This document shows, one piece after another, positions 9,039 through 17,405 of a stretch of DNA of 33,520 nucleotides; the first letter of the stretch is position 1, and the number at the start of each line of letters is the position of its first letter. Position numbers and translations under genes: made by a program. The notes beneath the pieces were generated by a model. The model did no database searches and was not told the origin of the DNA. It saw only the letters and a list, made by a program, of their open reading frames with translations. Source of the stretch: Nitrososphaera sp. (GTDB taxonomy: Archaea; Thermoproteota; Nitrososphaeria; Nitrososphaerales; Nitrososphaeraceae); the NCBI GenBank assembly GCA_035279085.1, contig DATEIL010000300.1:1-33520 (forward strand), read 5' to 3'.

Positions 9039-11444
9039 TTACCCTTCACAGTTGACTACCGGGTCTGGATCACTGCTGCAGTGGTCTGTGCCTGTTCCGC
9101 CATCAACAGAGTCGTTTCCTACTACTCCATCGATAGAGTTAACCGCAGAGTCGTTTCCAGGACCGCCGTCAAGTATGTCGTTTCCAACGTCGCCTGGACC
9201 ATCGCCGAACAGTCTGTCGCTGCCATCATCTCCAAACAGCTTGTCGCTTCCGTCCTTGCCGTAGATAGAGTCGTCACCAAGACCGCCATGGAGTTCATCA
9301 TTGCCTTCGGCTGCCAAGAGCTTGTCGTTTCCGTCATCTCCAAACAGCTTGTCGTTGCCTGTCGCGCCATAGACTCTATCATCGTCGGCACCGCCTCTCA
9401 CTGTGTCGTCGTTGGGACCACCAAAGACGTCGTCACTTCCATCTCCACCTTGGACGTTGTCGTTGCCTGCATCACCGTATACTTGGTCTGCACCTGCTTG
9501 TCCGTCAAGCGTATCGATTCCAGCACCTCCATTGATGTAATCGTTTCCAAGGCCACCTTTGATCGTGTCGTCGTTAAGGTCGCCAAACAGCAAGTCGTTG
9601 CCGTCGCCGCCGTCAATTGTGTCATTTCCGTTTCCTCCACAAATGATGTCATTTCCCCCCATACCGTTTACAATGTCGTTGCCGCCCTTGGCATCAATTA
9701 CGTCATCGCCTGCTGTACCTGTGATCGTCTCTGCGTTGTCGGTTCCCGTCTTTGTCGGGCTTGCGCAGGGCTCGTCAGGTACAGTCGCAGTCAATTCACA
9801 GTCAAACTCCACATCGGGGCTTGTTGCGCATGCATCTCCTAGGTTTTCGCTACCGCCATCGATAACATCATTGTCTGCGGTTCCGTCTTGGTCAACGAGC
9901 GAATCATCTCCTGGCCCGCCGCTGAGCTGGTCACTTCCGATTCCGCCATCGATGTTGTCAATACCTGCTTCACCTAGGAGAAAATCGTTGCCATTCTCTC
10001 CATTGAGCTCGTCATCGCCGGCAGAACCGGTCATGATATCGTTTCCATCACCACCAAACATGTCGTCAGCTCCTGAGCCCCCTTCGGCCCAGTCGTCACC
10101 TGCACCCATGAATATTGTATCCTCACCAGAGCCGGCTCTTACTCTATCGTTATCTTCGTCGCCGTTGATGACGTCGTCGCCACCACCGCCATTGATATAG
10201 TCCTCACCGGGGCCGCCTGAGAGTGTTTCGGTCCCTGCAACGTTCTCTTGGCCTTCAATGTAGTCATTTCCTGCCTCTCCGAAAATTGTGTCAGAACCGT
10301 CTGCGCCATAGATGACGTCGTTACCCCCGCCTGCATAGATGCTGTCGTCTCCTTCGTCGCCATAGATCCTATCAAGACCTGGGCCTGCGCAAATGATGTC
10401 GTTTCCGCCCTTGCCGTATATGCGGTCGTTTCCGCCCTGCCTTGCGTCTATTACATCTTTGCCTGCGGTGCCTTGAATGTTATTGTTGCCAATAGTTCCA
10501 GTGATAGTTGGGTTTGCACATGGATCCGAGTCCGCCATGATAGAGACATCGCCCATTGCAACGTTACCCTGCACCGGGTGGCCTCTTCCTGTTCTGAACG
10601 CCTCTGCAGAGAAAGTCGGTGTTGAAGAAGCTGATTCGATGGACGATGTTCCTTGCGTGGTAGCTGCCAAGCTTAGCGTTTCACAGCCGAGCGTTGCATC
10701 TGGGTCGGTGGAACACTTGTCTGAGCCGGCATTGCCCTGCACAAGGTCATTGTTCACCACGCCATCTTGGCTGTCGAGCTCATCGTCGAGACCTGCACCA
10801 AACATCTGATCGGCTCCAGATCCTCCGTTCAGAGAGTCGTCATTCTTGCCGCCGTCCATCCAGTCGTCGCCTGCATCACCATTTAGCTCATTATTGCCAG
10901 CGCCTCCCCTCAGGATGTCGTCGCCGACCTCTCCATGGATAAAGTCATCACCGTCACCACCATTGAGATAGTCGTCGCCATCTCCGCCAAAGGCCGTATC
11001 AAATGGCTGTTCTCCTACAACGTGTGAGCTGTCCCCTGCATAGACTACATCGACGTCTTCCTGGCCATAGATGGTATCACCGCCAAAGCCTGTGAATATG
11101 ATGTCGTGGCCTAGGCCGCCTTCCACATAGTCGTCGCCATCTCCGCTGTAGATCACATCATTGCCATTCTGGCCATAGATTTCGTCATCTCCACTTGATG
11201 AGTTGACGTAGTCATTGCCATCACCCGCACAAATGATGTCATTTCCACCTTTGGAGAATATCTCGTTGTTGAGTGCATTGCCTTTGATAATGTCGTTGCC
11301 TGTTGTTCCGAAGATTTTGACCAGTGTAGTTCCACTCTTGTCGATTGTGGGACTAGCACATGGGTCAGCAGCTTGGCTATTGATTATTGGAATTTGCATT
11401 GTTGCTAGAACTGCCGCTAGCATCGCAAGTACTGCAATTTTCAT
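9039..11444 (-). CDS. Secreted hemolysin-type/RTX calcium-binding repeat protein, paralog 3 (801 aa)
   Basis: Signal-like MKIAVLAMLAAVLATMQIP; collinear with paralog 2; three 4-Cys modules. Confidence 0.92.
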   Translation of the reverse strand: MKIAVLAMLAAVLATMQIPIINSQAADPCASPTIDKSGTTLVKIFGTTGNDIIKGNALNNEIFSKGGNDIICAGDGNDYVNSSSGDDEIYGQNGNDVIYSGDGDDYVEGGLGHDIIFTGFGGDTIYGQEDVDVVYAGDSSHVVGEQPFDTAFGGDGDDYLNGGDGDDFIHGEVGDDILRGGAGNNELNGDAGDDWMDGGKNDDSLNGGSGADQMFGAGLDDELDSQDGVVNNDLVQGNAGSDKCSTDPDATLGCETLSLAATTQGTSSIESASSTPTFSAEAFRTGRGHPVQGNVAMGDVSIMADSDPCANPTITGTIGNNNIQGTAGKDVIDARQGGNDRIYGKGGNDIICAGPGLDRIYGDEGDDSIYAGGGNDVIYGADGSDTIFGEAGNDYIEGQENVAGTETLSGGPGEDYINGGGGDDVINGDEDNDRVRAGSGEDTIFMGAGDDWAEGGSGADDMFGGDGNDIMTGSAGDDELNGENGNDFLLGEAGIDNIDGGIGSDQLSGGPGDDSLVDQDGTADNDVIDGGSENLGDACATSPDVEFDCELTATVPDEPCASPTKTGTDNAETITGTAGDDVIDAKGGNDIVNGMGGNDIICGGNGNDTIDGGDGNDLLFGDLNDDTIKGGLGNDYINGGAGIDTLDGQAGADQVYGDAGNDNVQGGDGSDDVFGGPNDDTVRGGADDDRVYGATGNDKLFGDDGNDKLLAAEGNDELHGGLGDDSIYGKDGSDKLFGDDGSDRLFGDGPGDVGNDILDGGPGNDSAVNSIDGVVGNDSVDGGTGTDHCSSDPDPVVNCEG

Positions 11445-11469
11445 GTTGCAAACTTTTGTTGCGAGGGAT

Positions 11470-11478
11470 CTAAAAAAG
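11470..11478 (-). promoter_or_regulatory. Putative TATA-like box of RTX paralog 3
   Basis: CTTTTTTAG on the minus strand, 26-34 nt upstream of ATG 11444. Confidence 0.5.
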
Positions 11479-11850
11479 GAGTGTGGAATATCACATGCTC
11501 ATGTACTCTACTAGCTAAACCATTTCTTCTTCTACTATCTTGACGCTAAGATAACTTGGTCTGGCAACACGATTATCTCCGCTAGTGTTCGTAGTTAGGT
11601 ATGATGGAATAAAGTTATGGAAAATATGATGATTAATAGCCTTGCGTCCGTTATCGGTCCAAATATTTGACGTTCTGGGCAAGATTAAGTGGAAGGCGAA
11701 GAACGGACCACCAACCAGTCCTTCTGCCACTTATCTCATTCGATGAGACAATTAGACATCAATTTTCCGATCTTGGACATCTTTTGCATCTCCCGCGATA
11801 TATTCGCGAGCTGGTATCATCTGACATGCCATTTTGCTGGAGCTTTGTCA

Positions 11851-12228
11851 AGATTAAGTTAGTCAATTATCCTGTATGAGCTGCTAGCAAACGCCGCAGA
11901 GTTCACACCGGAGGGAAAAGTGATGGTAACTATTCGGATTGAATCAAACGGAAAGGAAATGTCAATCAGAGTAACTGACGACGGGCCTGGACTTGATGCC
12001 GAAATTGTGCCGCGACTTTTTGCTAAGTTTGCAACAAAATCCGATAGAGGGACAGGGCTCGGGCTGTTTATTGCCAAGAACATCGTCGAGGCCCACGGCG
12101 GAAGGATTTGGGCAGAGAATAATTCAAACGGAAGGGGAAGAGTGGCCACGCTCACATTCACGATTACGCTTCCGACAACTACGCATCCTCTCAGGTTTCC
12201 TGAATTTCCTCGACTGGTGCCTCCTTGA
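11851..12228 (+). pseudogene. Truncated sensor histidine kinase (HATPase_c domain only)
   Basis: N box ELLANAAEFT, G1 box DDGPG, F box RLFAKF and G2 box GTGLGLFIAKNIVEAHGGRIWAEN. In-frame TAG at 11860-11862 (RLS*), and no intact DHp or sensor domain upstream. Confidence 0.8.
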
Positions 12229-13552
12229 AGCGCCTCTTGACATAGGACATCAACGCGATGTACTGTATTATCAGCGACGATAGCACTACTCCGAAGGTTA
12301 TGGTCTCAAGGGTTGACTTGAACTCGCTTTCCGGCAAGGATGCTACCAGCGCGACCGATACGGCGCCGCGCATGCCACCCAATACTACAACATGCTTCCA
12401 TGCAAGGGGTATCCTGTCCTTCATGAACCGGTTTGTGACAGCCAAGATGGGATAGGCCGCGGCAGCCCTTGCAGCGAGAACCGCTGCAAATGCAAGGCCT
12501 ATCAGCGGGAGATTGTCGACAATTTTTGTAAGGTCCATCGTTGCACCCAGGTATAGAAATGCTGCAGAATTGGCGAAAAAAGCGGCCATCTCCCAGAAAT
12601 TAAACGCTGATTGTTTTACCTTCTGGCTTATCGCCGTCTCTTGCCTGACCGTCACGTTCCCAAAGTATAGTCCTGCCATTGCCACTGCCACGAGCCCGGA
12701 AACCCCAACTACATTTGATATGACCATTGATCCAAAAACCATTGCCACCGTAAGCGCCGTTTCGGAGAAAGGGTCATCCATCAACGCATGCAGCCTGTGG
12801 GTTCCGGCAGCCATGCCCAATCCTATCGCTGCCCCGCCAAAGAACACAAGTGCAAAGTGCTCTGCCTCGCCGACAAAATTGTAGTCAATTGCCCCGTCCG
12901 TGTTGGGATCTCCAATGACACTTGATCCAGATGCAAAGGCCAGCGCGACTATTGAGGAAAATGCAATGATGCCTGTTGCATCGTTAAAGCTGGACTCGGA
13001 TTCCATTAGAGTCGACAGCATCTTGGGGACCTTGACCTTCTTGAAGACCTCGATGACCATCGCCACGTCCGTTGGCGCGATGAGGGCCGAGAATGCAAAA
13101 GCAACCAGAAAAGGCAAGCCTGCAACATATACGAGTAATAATCCGCCTACCAGTGTAGCTACTATGACACCGACTGTGGCAAGCAGCAGTGCCGGCAGCC
13201 TCACTTTTTTGAACTCTTTATAATCTATCTTCATCATGGCCTCGAAGATCAGGGGAGGAATCAGAAAGTCGATAATGAGTTTAGGGTCGATAGAGAAGTT
13301 GCTCCCGACTATGTCAAAGCTCGGAAAGAGGCTCAAGATTGAAATCGTTATCCCAATTGTCACAAGCATCATGGTATACGGGATCTTTATCTTGGTTGAA
13401 AAAAACGCGGCGGCAAACACTGTGCCTAGGAATATTGGAATCAGGTATTCTGAGGCAAGCACGATCTGCTCGCCTGCCTCTGGAGTGGCAGCCACAGCAG
13501 TATCTGCAAGAACGCTCTGTACAAACAAGAATTGTGCAAGTCTACTTTTCAT
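12191..13552 (-). CDS. CPA1-family Na+/H+ antiporter (NhaP-type)
   Basis: Many TM segments; PPLIFEA, IAPTDVAMV, ESESSFNDATGI and GGMRGAVSVALV motifs. Confidence 0.92.
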   Translation of the reverse strand: MKSRLAQFLFVQSVLADTAVAATPEAGEQIVLASEYLIPIFLGTVFAAAFFSTKIKIPYTMMLVTIGITISILSLFPSFDIVGSNFSIDPKLIIDFLIPPLIFEAMMKIDYKEFKKVRLPALLLATVGVIVATLVGGLLLVYVAGLPFLVAFAFSALIAPTDVAMVIEVFKKVKVPKMLSTLMESESSFNDATGIIAFSSIVALAFASGSSVIGDPNTDGAIDYNFVGEAEHFALVFFGGAAIGLGMAAGTHRLHALMDDPFSETALTVAMVFGSMVISNVVGVSGLVAVAMAGLYFGNVTVRQETAISQKVKQSAFNFWEMAAFFANSAAFLYLGATMDLTKIVDNLPLIGLAFAAVLAARAAAAYPILAVTNRFMKDRIPLAWKHVVVLGGMRGAVSVALVASLPESEFKSTLETITFGVVLSSLIIQYIALMSYVKRRFKEAPVEEIQET

Positions 13553-13797
13553 GTTTCACAATAAAAATTTAATCGTAGTCGCGGGCCTCAGATCTACAGC
13601 AGTATAATATGGGTAGTAGTTAGGCGGCAAAAGTCAGCGGTCCAATTTGAGCCACTATTGCTCGAAGACGAAGAATCTTCTGGTTCGCATATGGGGGCCA
13701 CATGGCAGCAGGCAGCGACTTACCCGAAATTCCAAAAGCCTTAAAGGCAATCTGGCATCTTGTACAGTGCGGGGTACGACTAACCGGCTTGAACCCA

Positions 13798-14196
13798 ATG
13801 GATGATAATAATAAAAAGAGCGCCGCGGTGATGGTAGTCGACGATGACCGCGACATACTGACGACTGCCAGCAAGGGTCTGGAGCTGGCCGGATTTGACG
13901 TTCACGGGTTCAGTGATCCCATCAGTGCCCTCCAACACGTTGAAGGAGGATGCGACGATTGCAAAGTCATTGTGTCAGACATCAAGATGCCCGAGATGAC
14001 GGGCTTTCAGCTCGTTAGAAGAGTCAAGGACTTAAGGCCTGACATGAAGATCGTCATGATGACGGCGTTTGATGTCAACAAGGCCGAATTTGAAAGCGTG
14101 TTTCCGTCAACGCCTGTAGACAGGGTGATGCGAAAGCCCTTTCTCATTTCGCAGCTTGCAGAGGAGATAAGGCAGATTCGTCATCATTCCCAGTAA
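13798..14196 (+). CDS. Single-domain response regulator (receiver domain)
   Basis: VMVVDDD, VSDIKMPEMTG (phospho-Asp), MMTA and KPF motifs. The likely start is ATG 13798. Confidence 0.9.
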   Translation: MDDNNKKSAAVMVVDDDRDILTTASKGLELAGFDVHGFSDPISALQHVEGGCDDCKVIVSDIKMPEMTGFQLVRRVKDLRPDMKIVMMTAFDVNKAEFESVFPSTPVDRVMRKPFLISQLAEEIRQIRHHSQ

Positions 14197-14440
14197 ACCC
14201 CAACAGCGGTGGACATGCATATGCATATAGAGCAGACATGCACTGGCTTGACAGGTTCTTGAAATTGGAAATTCGTCTGCTGGAACAACAAAGCGACATA
14301 TGAAATACCTGCGCAGAGATCTGGAAATCTATGTCTGGCTCCGGGGCGATATCTAACTCATTGAAACTAGTTCTTCGGAAAGAGTCTTGGTTTGCAGCAG
14401 CGGCTGACGCAGTTTCTTTTGAATGAAAGATAAAAAGGAA

Positions 14441-14490
14441 AAAAGCGGGCGTCTGGTTTTTTGACCAGACCGAGTCGAAATCCCGTTTTT
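14441..14490 (-). terminator. amoC 3' stem-loop followed by a T-rich tract
   Basis: Inner stem GTCTGGT/ACCAGAC (14451-14470); outer imperfect stem 14441-14449 with 14482-14490; T runs downstream on the minus strand. Confidence 0.55.
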
Positions 14491-15052
14491 ATGGGATAGA
14501 CCTGCTGTAGAGCTTGCCTTCGAGGGCGAGCTTGTACATTTCGGCCACATATGGGTTCTTTGCTGGTGTTTCTGCACCCAGTTCAACCAGTCTGGCGTAT
14601 ACTCTGACCACATAAGCCAGAGCACCCATGAATGCCACTACGACACCCATGTTAAACATCCAGTGGTTTGGAACCGAGAAGATTTCTTCGACGAACCAGA
14701 AGTGCCACATCTCGTTGACACCGATCGTAAACATCGTGGCTAGGTAGCCAATGATGGTTATCTTGAGACCGGTGTTCATTGAGTTGCCTGGACCCCTAAG
14801 GATTGGTACTCTTCTGTCGTACATTGCGACAAAACCCCAACCCAGTGGGAGAGCTATGAAGTGGCTGTAGAGCCACCAGTGAGCTGGCGTAAAGGCACTG
14901 TCTCTGATTGCAGTCTGGTGCAGCGAGCCGTCGACAAAGTTGTCGACTTCTACTGAGGCAGCGATCGAACCCAGCATGATGACCATGATGTAGATCTTCT
15001 TTAGTCTCTGAATTTCGACTTCCTTTGGTATCAGTGCTGGCATCTGTGCCAT
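14489..15052 (-). CDS. amoC: Ammonia monooxygenase subunit C
   Basis: MAQMPALIPKEVEIQRLKK; DNFVDGSLHQ...FTPAHWWLY (Asp/His/His metal site); NEMWHFWFVEEIF.VPNHW. Confidence 0.97.
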   Translation of the reverse strand: MAQMPALIPKEVEIQRLKKIYIMVIMLGSIAASVEVDNFVDGSLHQTAIRDSAFTPAHWWLYSHFIALPLGWGFVAMYDRRVPILRGPGNSMNTGLKITIIGYLATMFTIGVNEMWHFWFVEEIFSVPNHWMFNMGVVVAFMGALAYVVRVYARLVELGAETPAKNPYVAEMYKLALEGKLYSRSIP

Positions 15053-15370
15053 GATTTAGTTAGTCAGTAATCAGCTATATTAAGTTGCAGTTTAAAACTG
15101 TTGCTTGTTTATTCAAAATACTATATCAAAAGGTCATTAAATGTTAGGATTACATTCCTTCTTAAGGGGTATCATATAGTAAATATGCTTAAGCCTTATT
15201 AAGCATCTGTGATTAGCATCTTTGATTATCTTGTATTCCTTATTCTGAAGAGGCCTATTGACATCCTGCCTTTGAAAAAGTAGAGGCAGCTCAGTCAAAT
15301 GCCTTCTCTTCACTAAATCAGGATTAACTCTGAGTCTTCACTGCTGCCGTCTAGGAATGTGCACATGTCA

Positions 15371-15877
15371 TTAATTAGTTCTTAGATTTGAGAAATTTTT
15401 CATAGACAAAAAGGTCTGGTCTTTCCCCCTTGACCAATCTCTGCCAGGATTTCGTGAATAACCAAGTCGCTCATAGATGCGATGAGCTCTGTTCGCGGCT
15501 GGCTGGGTCGACAGAACCATTTTCGAGTGTCCCATTATGGTCGCCTGTTGTTCGCAGGTCAAGAGCAGTTGAGATGCGATCCCGTGCCCTCTGGCTTTGG
15601 GATGAACCGCCAGTAAATGAATTTCTGCTTCTTCCGGTGTCGCAACTTGGCGGGCTTGGCTCGAGGGAGGAACAAAGATAGCGATGCCAACAAGATCCGC
15701 CTTGGATGATCTGGCAAGAATTATCTTGCCGCGTTTTCGTAGCTCTGAAATTTGAAATGCCTTCTCTGCGTACGACCTGTCTGTATAACCCTCTTCAGCA
15801 AAAACATGGATCAGTAATGATGTAATCCTGGCATCTTACTCTAGCGTGCCCCCATATTCAACGATCTGAAAATCCAT
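15371..15877 (-). pseudogene. GNAT-family N-acetyltransferase pseudogene
   Basis: ATG 15877 gives MDFQIVEYGGTLE* (TAA 15836-15838). The same frame continues ...EAEIHLLAVHPKARGHGIASQLL...AHRIYERLGY, the GNAT acetyl-CoA motifs. A probable frameshift lies near the 3' end. Confidence 0.82.
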
Positions 15878-15943
15878 GCGCCAAGATTTGGATCCTTGTA
15901 TATCCAAGATAAAGTGTGCGACAGATGGACCCTGCTCGGCCCT

Positions 15944-16735
15944 CTATGCTTGTTCCAAGAAAGGCTTGTAGCGCTGCACTAGCTCTGACAGTGGAAAGCG
16001 CTTCTTGCCAACTATCTTGATGTCAACCCTCGGCTTCTTGCCCCTCTCTACTTCAATAATGTTGTAGCAGTTTTCAAAGAACCCGCGGTACCTGGTAGAA
16101 GACGTGGTGCCGGCGTATGCAATTTCTAGCCGTCCAAGGTTCCATACCCATGGCCGGTGCTTGTGGCCGCACAGCACCAGGTCGACTCCTGACTGCAATC
16201 CCGCTCGCAGCGTGTCGCCTGCATCAAGTATGATTATCTTGTCCGTGCCGGTGTCCGGTATCCCTATGAGGTGATGATGCATCGCTACAATCTTGGTCTT
16301 GGCCTCAGAGAACTTGGCCAAAGTCTTTTCCATCCACAGGTTCTGCCTGTACCCCACTTCGCCTTCGTCCCTGTCAGGTCGTGCTGTGCCAAGTGTCAGC
16401 ACTATTGCGTCGTCAAACTCGTAGATCTGCTTTGAAGGAAAGAACTTTTTGAACAGCAGATATCCCGTATGCCTGTAATCGTGGTTACCAGCCAGGACAA
16501 TGATGTTTGGGCACGTGAATCTTTTCAGCTCCGCCCTTGCCTTTTCAAACTGGAAAAGCAGTCCGTCATCAGTGAGGTCCCCTGTCACGATTATGGCGTC
16601 GGGGCCAAGCCTGTTAACCTCGTCAACCACGGTATCAAACGCGCTCTGCACAAAGAGGCCGCCTATGTGGATGTCTGAGAGCTGAACTATCTGCAATGCT
16701 GTGATATTACTCACTGGCAACGGATTATTTAACAA
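15944..16735 (-). CDS. Calcineurin-like metallophosphoesterase (Icc/CpdA-like)
   Basis: SDIH, TGDL, GNHD, HHH and GHKH motifs. Confidence 0.92.
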   Translation of the reverse strand: MLNNPLPVSNITALQIVQLSDIHIGGLFVQSAFDTVVDEVNRLGPDAIIVTGDLTDDGLLFQFEKARAELKRFTCPNIIVLAGNHDYRHTGYLLFKKFFPSKQIYEFDDAIVLTLGTARPDRDEGEVGYRQNLWMEKTLAKFSEAKTKIVAMHHHLIGIPDTGTDKIIILDAGDTLRAGLQSGVDLVLCGHKHRPWVWNLGRLEIAYAGTTSSTRYRGFFENCYNIIEVERGKKPRVDIKIVGKKRFPLSELVQRYKPFLEQA

Positions 16736-16788
16736 TGTTTTCGCGGGCGCAAAATGTTATTAACTCCTCGAGGCGCTCATAGTGCCCG

Positions 16789-17364
16789 GTGCCAAAGCGC
16801 AAGATAAAGGAGACCAAGCCTGCGAGGCGTATGGGAAAAAAAGAGGTCTTGATAGCACCCATTGCGATGGGCGCAGCTACCCTTGTGGCACTAGTAATCA
16901 TACCCGCTCTCGCACCCCCTCCTGATCCTACGCAGGTATGCCTAAAAGCGCACAACGTAGAGTCGTTCCAGCTCAACCCGAGGATCGAAGTAGTAGTGGA
17001 CGGGCAGCAGATGCTGCTTCCTGATGGCGTCGGCAAAGAACCCAACAGCAAGGGACAAGACTGCCTGCGGCCCATGCATACTGACGGAGTTGGAAATATC
17101 GTTCACATCGAGTACATAAGGCCAATCCGGTTCACAATGGCAGACTTTATGCGGATATACGCTTTTGATAACAAGACAATCACTGTCGTGAATAGCTCCT
17201 CTGGAAACAATGTGACTGAACAATTGACGCTTGCAGATTACAACCTAGAGTATTCTTACTTTTCAGAGCTCAACGAGTTCACAAAGGTGGCCAAGCCGTC
17301 TGACATCCCGCCATTCCCTGCCAATAACCAGCTGGTGGCAAGGGTTGAACTGACAAGCAAATAG
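16789..17364 (+). CDS. Hypothetical membrane-anchored protein
   Basis: Basic N-terminus and one TM segment, then a domain with two Cys and HTD...VHIEY...FT.ADF. The start may be ATG 16831. Confidence 0.75.
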   Translation: MPKRKIKETKPARRMGKKEVLIAPIAMGAATLVALVIIPALAPPPDPTQVCLKAHNVESFQLNPRIEVVVDGQQMLLPDGVGKEPNSKGQDCLRPMHTDGVGNIVHIEYIRPIRFTMADFMRIYAFDNKTITVVNSSSGNNVTEQLTLADYNLEYSYFSELNEFTKVAKPSDIPPFPANNQLVARVELTSK

Positions 17365-17405
17365 GAATAAATACCGAAAAAAGGCGCCTGCCTCTTGAAC
17401 TTAAT

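Noticed and set aside
358-11514. Many Ser/Pro-rich or Val-rich ORFs antisense to or overlapping the RTX genes
   Set aside because: They are shadow frames of GGC/GAC-rich repeats, with no independent coding signal.
14215-14226. 12-bp palindrome ATGCATATGCAT
   Set aside because: Low complexity, lies between convergent genes, and has no second copy or promoter context.
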